DNA of 64,000 nucleotides from Candidatus Heimdallarchaeota archaeon (GTDB lineage: Archaea; Asgardarchaeota; Heimdallarchaeia; Hodarchaeales; Hodarchaeaceae): positions 32,001 to 96,000 of the forward strand of contig RDOB01000004.1 of the NCBI GenBank assembly GCA_011364965.1, given 5' to 3'. Positions within the stretch are counted from its first letter, which is position 1. The number at the start of each line of letters is the position of its first letter. Positions 9,572-19,294 of the stretch are shown here, one piece after another. The notes beneath the pieces were generated by a model. The model made no database searches and was not told the DNA's origin. It was given only the letters and a program-made list of their open reading frames with translations. The position numbers and the translations under genes are program-made.

Positions 9572-11263
9572 TTACTCTGAATATGTATCAACTCGTTTTA
9601 CATATCCTAATTTGCGTAATTGCTCCAATGATTGTTGTTCAATTTCATGATCTCTCTTAGTTATTTTAGCAGCTGTTTCGGGAGATAGAATATTTGAGGT
9701 AAACAAAGCCCTAACAGTGGGTCTTAATTCCTCTGGAAGAGAAAGCATCCCTAATGTGTCAAACGCTTGGATTTGGATGTATTTAGGTGGTTCTGTACAA
9801 TCACAAATCTTCTTACCAATTTTCTCTTCTAGACTTCGACGTTTAGCACGTGGATTAATACCCACTTCCCGAAGAAAATCATGTCTTGCATTATGAGGTG
9901 TTGTAAATTCAAAAAAGAGAAGCTCTTGGACCTCAGGGTTTTGGTAATTTTTCCTCACAAAGTCTTTGAATAATTCTTCAGGATCTCCCCGTAATAAGTC
10001 TTTTTCTCCTCCATAAGAGAGAATCTTACTTCGTAAAGAATCAGAAACAGTAGTTATATCGAAAATAAAACTTTCAAAGATCTCCTCTACTAATTTATTA
10101 GCCCCTTTAAACCCTCCTAATCTTCCTGTATTTCCAAAATCATTTATTGCATCATTGTATTCAAGTTCAAATTTCTTGATAAAATTAAACAACATATCTG
10201 TCAATGACTCATTCATTGTAGGGCTATATAAAATTCCCACAACTTTTTTACCTTTTCTCTGAATAATTTTAATGTTGCCATTATCAATATAGCGCAAATC
10301 TCCTCTTCTGCCAGCAGTTTCGGAAACCATAAGAGCAATACTTGCCATTGCGGCTGTAATCAAAGCTGGATTTTTCATTTCGTCTTCAGATTTGCCAAAA
10401 AAATAATAGTACATTGTAGAACCTGAACTTATTCCAGTAATAAACAAAGCAATTGGTGGAGCTTCAGATTCATCAACTTGTTCAATAAAAGTTCCTTTCT
10501 CAGCACTCTGATAATACTTATTGCTCAAATCATCAAAAATGTCATTAAATCTGGATTCAGGATTTTCTATGACGAAAACACCTTTGTCTGGGAATTCATT
10601 TAATTCATTAGACCAAGGAATAGAATAGAATACAGGATGTCGTAACTTTGTCTCTAAACTTTCGATATATTGATCATATTGGTTAAAAACAATTGGAGGC
10701 CTAATCATATTAAGTATTAAAAGGCTGGGCTTTGTTAAGAAGGTGAAGAAGTTTTTAATTGTAGATTTTGTGAGATTAAGGGTAGGATATTTTTCTGTTG
10801 ATATAGTCCAAACTATATCACTATTTAAGATAGCACTCATTGAAATTGATTTATCCTCGAGGCTAGAAGGAAGAATAAAAACTAGGAGGTTGATCGTGTC
10901 TTTAAAAAATAGACTATTAGTCCTATACCTTATCTTCTCATGTAGATCAGTATCTGGGATAGCACAGCCTGAAGATGGCAAAACACGTAAAAAAGAGTCT
11001 TCATTTGCATCTTCAAAGATAACTAATGCCTCTTCTACAAGTATATCATCAGAGATCTCACGAATGAAATCAGAACTAGTAAAATGAGACTTTCCATAAG
11101 ATAATAAGCTATATCGTAGTTTTTCCGTAATGGAAAAATCTACTATCAAAATTCGTGACCCTGGATTCGAACGTGCATAAGATGTGAAAACATTCAGCGC
11201 AATAGTCTTTTTTCCACATCCTGAAGTTCTTGAATAGATACTAATAATTTTGGGGGGAACCAA
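9572..11263 (-). CDS. MinD/ParA-like P-loop domain + longin-like domain + C-terminal winged helix
   Basis: KIISIYSRTSGCGKKTIALN, ILIVDF, LRVLPS, LILNMI, IPWS (MinD/ParA layout); IALFITGISSGSTMYYYFF...LITAAMASIA...IDNGNIKII (longin-like); SPETAAKITKR...LEQLRKLGYV (wHTH). Confidence 0.7.
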   Translation of the reverse strand: MVPPKIISIYSRTSGCGKKTIALNVFTSYARSNPGSRILIVDFSITEKLRYSLLSYGKSHFTSSDFIREISDDILVEEALVIFEDANEDSFLRVLPSSGCAIPDTDLHEKIRYRTNSLFFKDTINLLVFILPSSLEDKSISMSAILNSDIVWTISTEKYPTLNLTKSTIKNFFTFLTKPSLLILNMIRPPIVFNQYDQYIESLETKLRHPVFYSIPWSNELNEFPDKGVFVIENPESRFNDIFDDLSNKYYQSAEKGTFIEQVDESEAPPIALFITGISSGSTMYYYFFGKSEDEMKNPALITAAMASIALMVSETAGRRGDLRYIDNGNIKIIQRKGKKVVGILYSPTMNESLTDMLFNFIKKFELEYNDAINDFGNTGRLGGFKGANKLVEEIFESFIFDITTVSDSLRSKILSYGGEKDLLRGDPEELFKDFVRKNYQNPEVQELLFFEFTTPHNARHDFLREVGINPRAKRRSLEEKIGKKICDCTEPPKYIQIQAFDTLGMLSLPEELRPTVRALFTSNILSPETAAKITKRDHEIEQQSLEQLRKLGYVKRVDTYSE

Positions 11264-11398
11264 TTCCTTAACAGCTCAGATTGTGCTAGTTCAAACTAGT
11301 AATAGTGGTGATATCTCTAAAAAATGCATTAATTTCGATATTCTTTGAAGCTTGTATATGTATATGCTATTCGTACTTTTTCTACTTTTCGATAGCGG

Positions 11399-12244
11399 TC
11401 AATATTTATAGAATCCTTCTCCTGATTTTCGACCCAATTTTCCTGCACGAACCATTTTTCTTAATAGAGGACAAGCTTGGAATTTAGGCCCAAATTCGTC
11501 TCTTAAGTAGTCCAAAATATGTAGAGCCGTATCTAAACCTATCAAATCTCCAAGAGTCAGTGGACCCATAGGATGTGCAAGTCCTAGCTTGATTGATTTA
11601 TCAATCTCCTCTACAGATCCTAATCCATCTTGCAACATAAACACCGCCTCATTAAGTATAATAACTGCAAGTCGTGTTGTAGCAAAACCGGGTAGATCAT
11701 TAATTACAACAGTTTCCTTCTGGATAATTTTGCAGTATTCAATTGAAGTGTTTAAAGTATCTTCAGAAGTGACTTCTCCCTTGATAACCTCAACCAGTTT
11801 CATCATTGGAACTGGATTAAAGAAATGTAATCCAATGAACTTTGTTTGACGTTCAGCTGAAACAGAGGATGCTAAATCGGTTATACTGATAGCAGATGTA
11901 TTAGATGCAATTATACAATCTTTCTTACAAATAATGTCTAATTTAGCGAAAGTTTCCTTCTTTAATGAAATTATTTCAGGAATGGCCTCTATTATTAGAT
12001 CACAATCCTTAAAATCCTTCAAATCCAAGGATGCTTTAATTTTACCCATGATCTTAGGAACATCAGTCTCAAGTAATTTTTCCTTTTTAACCATCCTACT
12101 GAGAGACTTTTCCATCTCGGTTAGTCCCCTGTCGATGAATTTTTGTTCTATATCATATAATAGAACATTATATCCAGCAATTGCACTAACCTGGGCAATT
12201 CCATTGCCCATAATCCCTGCACCAAGAATTCCTATAGTTTGCAT
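11399..12244 (-). CDS. hbd: 3-hydroxybutyryl-CoA/3-hydroxyacyl-CoA dehydrogenase
   Basis: GILGAGIMGNGIA, IIEAIPE, ASNTS, GLHFFNP, HPMGPL, GRKSGEGFY; ATG 12244 preferred over track start 12328. Confidence 0.92.
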   Translation of the reverse strand: MQTIGILGAGIMGNGIAQVSAIAGYNVLLYDIEQKFIDRGLTEMEKSLSRMVKKEKLLETDVPKIMGKIKASLDLKDFKDCDLIIEAIPEIISLKKETFAKLDIICKKDCIIASNTSAISITDLASSVSAERQTKFIGLHFFNPVPMMKLVEVIKGEVTSEDTLNTSIEYCKIIQKETVVINDLPGFATTRLAVIILNEAVFMLQDGLGSVEEIDKSIKLGLAHPMGPLTLGDLIGLDTALHILDYLRDEFGPKFQACPLLRKMVRAGKLGRKSGEGFYKY

Positions 12245-12432
12245 TTTTATTCCCTTTTTTTCTTTAATAATACAGTCATGAAAATTAATTTCCAGTGGAA
12301 GTATAAGAATTTTGACCAATTTTGGCAATCATTATTAACTGCGGAAAATAACCAACTCTAATTTCGGTAGCTAGCAGAAATTAAGTAAATCATGATGGTT
12401 TATTATATATCTATTAATTGGATTTTTACTGG

Positions 12433-13971
12433 CTATTTCCTTCTCATTAATATAACTAGAGGTGGGAAGCTATTCAAAAGAATAAGAATAGCGGGAACCA
12501 AAATGAAAAAAGAGTATAAATCCAGAAATTCATTAAGCACTTCTAATTCATCATATCCTCTTTTAATCACTGCAGATGGATCTTTTAGGAACAGAATGAA
12601 GATTGATGAGTTCTCTTCTACAGGAAATTCATCTGATAAATTGACAGAACAGTTTACACCAAGATTATTGTACTCTCTTTGATTCGATTTCCAGAAAAAG
12701 ACACGAATTGTTGTAATGATATAATTGTAAGTTTCTGGTTCTCCTATTAGATGAATTTGCGTACTTTCTATGAATATTTGACTTGGAATAGTATTATAAG
12801 AAATTCCCCCGTCGGAAATCAACGGTTCATCAATATATTCCTCAGAAGAAACATTATAAAAGCTAAAAGACAATTCTATCTCTCGGTTTGGTAGTGGTTG
12901 TTTCTCGATCTTTAAAATGACCATATAGGTCATATCAACATCGAATCGGAACTCTCCGAGATACTGAGGAGAATTATTATATAGCGATATCGAGTTTTCT
13001 GATATTAAAAATTCATTGTCATTTAGAGCTTGCGAATATGAGCGATTTATTTCCATTGATCTCAAGTTTATGGCAAATGGAGTGATTAAAAATAGTAGAA
13101 GAAAAAATATACTTAAAACAGTTGGTATAGCATAATATTTCCTAGAAAAATATCTTATTCTGTCAGTCCTAATGAATAGCAAGATAGTCATTATTAATCC
13201 CAATAAACCCACAATTATACCCCCAAGAACAGCTAACAATGTAGGTAACAAAATAAACGCTAATCCAATTCTTGCATCGCTTCTAAACCAAGGATTGCTT
13301 ATATTCATTCTATATGTTGAAGAAGTTACAAGTATAACACTGAATAATGAAAAACCTAAAACAAGAACTAGAAATAAAATGAAACTGAAACGTAAAGAAT
13401 CAGATTTAATACTTATGGAGTTTAAATGTTTTTCAGAACTTGCTAGACTAGTTTTGGTCTTATCTAAGTCTGGAGGAGTACCTTCAGGAATTGGAGAGGC
13501 TCCTCTCCTTATTAAGGTATCAAGTACAATATAAAATATAATTATTGGGATGAAAAGGGCAATAGTCCAAGGAAAAACGGGATTTAATATTCCAGGTTCT
13601 AATAACATCGGAATGAAGAAAGATTCCGTTTTTAAAAAGAAGAAGAAGAGAAGGAGAATATAAATAAGATAAATATAAAGAAATGATGTTATATATTTGG
13701 ATTTTAATCTTTCTTGACGAAATTTTTCTAATCTATCAATTAAATTGTCTAGTGGGAATAAAATAAAAAGGGAATAAATACTTGCTAGTATGATCAAAAT
13801 GATTGGATGAATAACAATATGAAAAGGAGGGGAATTCTCAATCACCAAATCTATTTGGGATAAAAAAGTAGCCAATATTAAGGAAAAAAAATATATTGGA
13901 TAAACGTACTTAAGATGAGGAAATTTCGAACACAGGTCATAAATTTTTTCTTTTAACAACATGAAATTCAC
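12433..13971 (-). CDS. Multi-pass membrane protein with extracytoplasmic beta-rich domain, unknown function
   Basis: About 7 N-terminal hydrophobic segments, a polar domain with NxS/T sequons, and a C-terminal TM ending in RRK. Confidence 0.7.
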   Translation of the reverse strand: MNFMLLKEKIYDLCSKFPHLKYVYPIYFFSLILATFLSQIDLVIENSPPFHIVIHPIILIILASIYSLFILFPLDNLIDRLEKFRQERLKSKYITSFLYIYLIYILLLFFFFLKTESFFIPMLLEPGILNPVFPWTIALFIPIIIFYIVLDTLIRRGASPIPEGTPPDLDKTKTSLASSEKHLNSISIKSDSLRFSFILFLVLVLGFSLFSVILVTSSTYRMNISNPWFRSDARIGLAFILLPTLLAVLGGIIVGLLGLIMTILLFIRTDRIRYFSRKYYAIPTVLSIFFLLLFLITPFAINLRSMEINRSYSQALNDNEFLISENSISLYNNSPQYLGEFRFDVDMTYMVILKIEKQPLPNREIELSFSFYNVSSEEYIDEPLISDGGISYNTIPSQIFIESTQIHLIGEPETYNYIITTIRVFFWKSNQREYNNLGVNCSVNLSDEFPVEENSSIFILFLKDPSAVIKRGYDELEVLNEFLDLYSFFILVPAILILLNSFPPLVILMRRK

Positions 13972-14285
13972 CTTTTAAAACAGATTTGATGAAATTTTAT
14001 TTAATTGAGGATTCCTAGTTTATGAACTTTTATTCTATTGAGGAAAAAAAGGATTTCTAGAGTAATTTAGCATTATATTAATAGAATTATCTCACAAGAG
14101 AATAAATAAATCACCAACATCTATCCGACATTCTCATAACTAGATAAAAGTATTAACAGATTCATTCCCATATAAGAATCTCACAATCGATTCAAATCCA
14201 TATAAAATATTCTTTTGCATTAGCAAAAGTAGATTGGAATAAATAATCTGAAACGAATATTCCATTAAAAAGGAAAAAATGCTTA

Positions 14286-15116
14286 GTGGTGAACCGAACA
14301 TTGACCCAAGATATGCAAGATGAAGAACCGAAATATCATCTTTCTTTAGATGAAGTGGGCGTAACTGACTTTTACACACAAATTTCAGTGACTAGAGGGA
14401 CCAAGATATATCGATATACGTTGAAAATTACTGTAGTTATTAATTTGCCATCTTCGCGAAAAGGAGCGCATTTATCACGATTTGTTGAAGCAATCGCAGA
14501 CATATTAAGTAGCGAAGAGCAATCATATTATTCCCTCGAAGAAATGTCAATTCATATATTGAAAACCTTGAATGAACGCCATCCGTTCGAAAAAGGGTCA
14601 ATTACATTAGATTTCATTTTCTTTGCCTCGAGATTGACTCCTGCATCCAAGAAAAAGACAAAGGAGAGCTATATTGCAAAATTAATAACCACTTGGGAGC
14701 TCGGCAATACCCTCCATGAATTACAGCTAGGAACATATGGAAATACTGTTTGTCCACACGCACTTTCATTAAATAAAACTGGAAACACCCACATTCAACG
14801 AGCCTATGGAGAGGTTAGAGTTAAAGGACGAACTGAAGATATTCCAGATATGGAAGAACTCTCTAGGGTCTTAGATCAAAGTTTTTCAGCTCCAACATAT
14901 AGCTTGTTGAAATCCGAAGATGAACTGTGGATTGTTAATCAAATGCATAAAAATCCGCTATTTGTTGAAGATGTGACGAGAAATATCTTAGAATTTACCA
15001 AAGAGAAATTCTCGCATCACGATCTTGAGATACAAGCAAAAACTGTTTCACAAGAATCTATTCACAAACATAATGTTGTCTCAAAAGGGAGTATTCGAAT
15101 AAATAAAAAAAATTAA
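14286..15116 (+). CDS. mptA: GTP cyclohydrolase, FolE2/MptA family
   Basis: KGAHLSRF, TVCPHA, THIQR, LLKSEDE, NPLFVED, ESIHKHN. Confidence 0.88.
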   Translation: MVNRTLTQDMQDEEPKYHLSLDEVGVTDFYTQISVTRGTKIYRYTLKITVVINLPSSRKGAHLSRFVEAIADILSSEEQSYYSLEEMSIHILKTLNERHPFEKGSITLDFIFFASRLTPASKKKTKESYIAKLITTWELGNTLHELQLGTYGNTVCPHALSLNKTGNTHIQRAYGEVRVKGRTEDIPDMEELSRVLDQSFSAPTYSLLKSEDELWIVNQMHKNPLFVEDVTRNILEFTKEKFSHHDLEIQAKTVSQESIHKHNVVSKGSIRINKKN

Positions 15117-15142
15117 GCCTCCTCTATATTATTGAAGCTGAT

Positions 15143-16495
15143 TTAATCGTTATCTCCGAAAATTCTGTCTCTAAATTTCCTCGCGGCGGCAAAAATACCT
15201 ACACTACCAGCGGACATAGCTTTTTTGCCCGCAGTTATAACTAGATCTGTTTTAGTTATCTCGCCAGTTTTTAATCTTTCTAAATAATCTACAAGATTAT
15301 CATATGGAGGTAAAAAGTCAAATCTATAAATTTCGGATTCCCAATATCCACCACCTCTCTGTATGGTATAGAAGGCCATAACAACTAACAAGATTATTAC
15401 CATAAATATGAGTGTGATGTCATGATAAGCTTCAGAGAAATCCAACCCCCCGAAAAGAGTTTCATAAACGGAAGCATATCCACTTAAAATCTGTAATTGG
15501 ATTAGATGAAAACCTAGGGCTAATCCTAGGTATATTAAAACAACCCCTTCTCCCCCTACAAACCCAATAAATCGACCAATTCGAAAGGGATCTTCCTTTG
15601 CTTGTTTATCACTTTTTATAGTAGGATCATGAACTACACCTTTCATTTTAATGCGACGAGATATGTTTTGGGCACTATATAGCAAAGAAAAAGTTACTAA
15701 AATGAAATCAAAACTCGTAATGATATTTTCAGATCCACTAACCGATGTAAAGAAAATCATTATCTGATTTGGGAGAGTCATGATAAAGAAAAATCCAATA
15801 CTGGTATTGAATACATCATCTGTAAATATCCACCCGCGAACACACAAAATAACTATTATTCCGACTGCTGTACCAAATATTCCAACTAAGGAATAACTGA
15901 AATGGTTTTGAGTAAATCCAAGATAGGTAATAATTAGATTCCAAATTATTGAAAGAAACGCGATAAGTGCCATAATACCTGAAAATATTGATTTTTGATC
16001 TGAACGCGGTTTCCCAAGAAAAAGGATGCTTCCTGTTATTTTATTAGAAAACATGCCTTTAGAAAAGGCGAATGAAGCTAAGGGAACAAGAAGGGCCCAG
16101 CTGAAAAATGTAAATAAGGGAAAAAGCTGAATCAATAGATCAGAGAAGATTGCAAGAGCCTCAATTCCTTGAGATAACAGGTAGAATGCCTGTACAACAA
16201 TTACAAGTATCAAGAGAAGAAGGAAACGGAGAATTAAGTTCAATTTCTTTGAAACTAGGCCAGAAAGTATCAATCCTATAGCAATGCTGATTTGAAGCAC
16301 AAAAATAAAACGAAGCAACTCTGGGGTAACCAAAGATGAATTCTGGCCTTGTATTACTACTAATCCAGTGGAGAACAATGATGTTAGAAATAAAATTACA
16401 GAGAATAAGATCATTCTACGAGATAGTAGAATTCTAATCCCACCAAACATAACAGATTTCAAATAATCATAGAAAGCTCGTTCTACATAACTCAA
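15143..16495 (-). CDS. Multi-pass membrane protein, unknown function
   Basis: 450 aa with roughly 10 hydrophobic segments. Confidence 0.7.
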   Translation of the reverse strand: MSYVERAFYDYLKSVMFGGIRILLSRRMILFSVILFLTSLFSTGLVVIQGQNSSLVTPELLRFIFVLQISIAIGLILSGLVSKKLNLILRFLLLLILVIVVQAFYLLSQGIEALAIFSDLLIQLFPLFTFFSWALLVPLASFAFSKGMFSNKITGSILFLGKPRSDQKSIFSGIMALIAFLSIIWNLIITYLGFTQNHFSYSLVGIFGTAVGIIVILCVRGWIFTDDVFNTSIGFFFIMTLPNQIMIFFTSVSGSENIITSFDFILVTFSLLYSAQNISRRIKMKGVVHDPTIKSDKQAKEDPFRIGRFIGFVGGEGVVLIYLGLALGFHLIQLQILSGYASVYETLFGGLDFSEAYHDITLIFMVIILLVVMAFYTIQRGGGYWESEIYRFDFLPPYDNLVDYLERLKTGEITKTDLVITAGKKAMSAGSVGIFAAARKFRDRIFGDND

Positions 16496-16606
16496 ATCTA
16501 TCGCTCCAAATATTTTTTCAGATCATTTAGATTAACCTAGCTATATTAATAGAAATTTTAAATTCTTCGTATAGAGGAATTAAAAAATTTCAAATGGTGA
16601 GAAAAA

Positions 16607-16903
16607 ATGAATTTAGAAGAAATATCCAAGCACATTGACGAATTTATTCAGGAACAAGGGGGTTACTGGGATATTCCATGGTTACTCTCTGCTATAACTG
16701 AAGAGGTTGGAGAACTATCCCGTGCGCTTCAAATTTTCTCAAAAATTAGAAAAACTGCTCCTAGAGAGCCAAAAAATGATAAAAATCTTATTGAAGAAGA
16801 AGTGGGAGACATATTATTCGCTTTAACTTGTTTAACAAATTTTTTAAAAATCGATTTGGAAATCGCAGTTTTAAAAACGCTTAACAAGTATAGAAATCGA
16901 TAA
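16607..16903 (+). CDS. MazG-like nucleotide pyrophosphohydrolase (YpjD-like)
   Basis: GGYW...TEEVGELSR...EEEVGDILF. Confidence 0.88.
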   Translation: MNLEEISKHIDEFIQEQGGYWDIPWLLSAITEEVGELSRALQIFSKIRKTAPREPKNDKNLIEEEVGDILFALTCLTNFLKIDLEIAVLKTLNKYRNR

Positions 16904-17131
16904 ATTACCCATAAATGGAGAATTCTACCCAGAGATTTCAAAAGCTCTTGAATGAAGAGAAAAGAAAGGGCTTTCGATACCGCTAGCTGACGCTTTTTAT
17001 TAGTAAAATTTTATTATTAAATCAGTCAAAAAAACCGTATAAATATGTGGGGAATTGTTTGAAATTAGTTGAAACCCTCCTAAAACGGTTAGAACAATAA
17101 AAAAAATATATTAGAGTAAAAGGTTTTTAAA

Positions 17132-18580
17132 ATGGCAAGTGTATTAAAACTAATTGCGGGCTTTTTTATATTAATAATTGGATTCCCGATCTTTATTGGA
17201 GGTAGTGCGGTTCTCTTGGTCGTTCCAATCTTTACTGATAATGATGGTTACTTCATGACTAGAAGCATGAATATCCAGCAAGATGGAGTAGCTGCAGTAA
17301 GAATGGATATTCCTCTTGAAGATATTCAAGTTGGGATTCGCATTGATCCTTCAAAATTTGTGACGATAAAAGTGAATGTTCAGGATAACAATTCTACTCC
17401 AGTATTTTTTGGTATAACAACAAGTACATACGCAAGTGAATATCTTAGTTCCATTTCTTATATTCGTATCACGAACTTTAACTACTTTGATGGCTGGGAA
17501 TTTGGTGATGAAGATCCAAGTTTCTCATACACAATAGATTGGCAAGTAATTCAAAATATAACAACATGGGCTAATCCCTTAACTGATCCAGTAACAACAC
17601 CAACATGGATCGTAGGTGGGGAATTAGGAGATTCATTTATTTGGGAACCTAGTGTTTCAGATCTTGAACAAGGAACACTTTCTTTGATCATTATTGGAGA
17701 AGTAGGTACTACTACAGTAGATAGCTGGGTGAGTATAACTTTCAGTCTAGGAGCAAAAGTACCAATCATTAATGCAATTGGTTGGTTCCTTCTTGTTTTC
17801 GGAGGATTAATCACCATTTTTGGTATTATTGTCGTTTGGAGTGGATTAAGAACAACTCACCGCCGATCAGAACGTGTACGATATTATCAAGGAGCTCCAA
17901 CAAGGCGAGTTGAACCAGTGCAAAGAGCTCCAGCTACTTATCAATTGCAGTGCTCTAATTGCGGATCCTTAAACGAAGCGGATTCTTCTTTCTGTTCACA
18001 ATGCGGAGAGGTACTGTTATCTGAAGATATGAAAACTGTAGGTGCTGTAACGGAGAAAAAGGCTCTAGAAATGGTTGAACCATCATCTGATCGTCTTATT
18101 ATTGCAGATTGGTGGTCTCGTTTTTGGGCATTCCTTATTGATTACTTCATTGTAAGTACTGTGTCTAGCACTATCAGTTCTTTATTTGTTTTTGCTTTTG
18201 GCAATTGGACCTGGTATTCTTCTGGAATTTGGAATCCAATCCCCTGGGTTTTCAATTTTGGACCATTTTCAATTTTCTTCTTCCTGTACTTCTTATTAAT
18301 GGAATATTATTATGGTCAAACCCTTGGAAAAATGGTTCTAAATTTGGAAACTGTTTCGCAAACAACTGGTCAAAGACCTACAATTCAGGAATTCGCTATT
18401 TCGGCAGCAGGAAAAGCATTCTTCTTGCCTTTTGACTGCATAATTGGGGTATTAGCTAAGCCTAAAGACCAAATTCCAGATTTGAATCAAAGATTTTCAC
18501 AACAGTTAGCAAAAACGGTTGTTATTAGACAACAAAAGGAAAAAGATGAGAAAGTACAATTTATATCTTCTAAATTCTAA
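17132..18580 (+). CDS. Membrane protein with extracellular domain, zinc ribbon and C-terminal RDD domain
   Basis: N-terminal TM; second TM near aa 215-238; CSNCG...FCSQCG; ADWWSRFWAFLIDY and GQTLGKMVL (RDD motifs). Confidence 0.8.
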   Translation: MASVLKLIAGFFILIIGFPIFIGGSAVLLVVPIFTDNDGYFMTRSMNIQQDGVAAVRMDIPLEDIQVGIRIDPSKFVTIKVNVQDNNSTPVFFGITTSTYASEYLSSISYIRITNFNYFDGWEFGDEDPSFSYTIDWQVIQNITTWANPLTDPVTTPTWIVGGELGDSFIWEPSVSDLEQGTLSLIIIGEVGTTTVDSWVSITFSLGAKVPIINAIGWFLLVFGGLITIFGIIVVWSGLRTTHRRSERVRYYQGAPTRRVEPVQRAPATYQLQCSNCGSLNEADSSFCSQCGEVLLSEDMKTVGAVTEKKALEMVEPSSDRLIIADWWSRFWAFLIDYFIVSTVSSTISSLFVFAFGNWTWYSSGIWNPIPWVFNFGPFSIFFFLYFLLMEYYYGQTLGKMVLNLETVSQTTGQRPTIQEFAISAAGKAFFLPFDCIIGVLAKPKDQIPDLNQRFSQQLAKTVVIRQQKEKDEKVQFISSKF

Positions 18581-18626
18581 TCTCTCTTTTTCTCTCTTTT
18601 TTTTAAATTTAATAACCCTAATACTT

Positions 18627-19109
18627 CTAAGAGTCACTTATTAAGGCTTCCCGTGATTCTTGCAATACTCTATGATAATCATCGAAGGTTAATAAAGATT
18701 TTGCTTCTTCATATGTTACCCAACGATAATTAACATGTTCTTTCGAAAGATTGATGTCTTTTGAGTGGAACTGAACTAAGAAAAAAACAACCTTTTTCAC
18801 AATTGTCTTGGAACCTCTCTTGGGAAAATAAATAGAATCACTTATCAACCGTTTTAGGAGAGTGAAGTTTTTTTGCCCTGTTTCTTCTTGAATTTCTCGA
18901 ATAGCTGTCTGTTCATATGTTTCTCCCTCTACTTGTCTTCCTTTAGGGAAAGCCCAGTACTGAAAAGGACCATTGTGAAGTACGAGTAAAAATAAGGGAT
19001 TAGCTCGATTTTTTTCGAAATAAATGGGAACACCGCCACAAGAAACCTCGTCAAATTCTTTTTTTGGTTTCATTCCGCGTTTTATTCGAACCACTTTCGA
19101 TTTCCTCAA
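18627..19109 (-). CDS. NUDIX hydrolase (Ap4A hydrolase-like)
   Basis: WAFPKGRQVEGETYEQTAIREIQEETG Nudix box; LSKEHVNYRW. Confidence 0.88.
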   Translation of the reverse strand: MRKSKVVRIKRGMKPKKEFDEVSCGGVPIYFEKNRANPLFLLVLHNGPFQYWAFPKGRQVEGETYEQTAIREIQEETGQKNFTLLKRLISDSIYFPKRGSKTIVKKVVFFLVQFHSKDINLSKEHVNYRWVTYEEAKSLLTFDDYHRVLQESREALISDS

Positions 19110-19294
19110 TTTTTTATAGGTAAATTTTCTTCTCCAGCATATAATGTATATTAGCTCATTTTTATTTATATGCTATCAAAAAGATTTCAGAAATCAAAAT
19201 AAAAAGTATTGGATAGGATATTCCGAACCTTTTCCATGGAATTCATCTTTGAGATTTTATTTCCTCTAATCCAAAAACTTATCTAAATATCACA

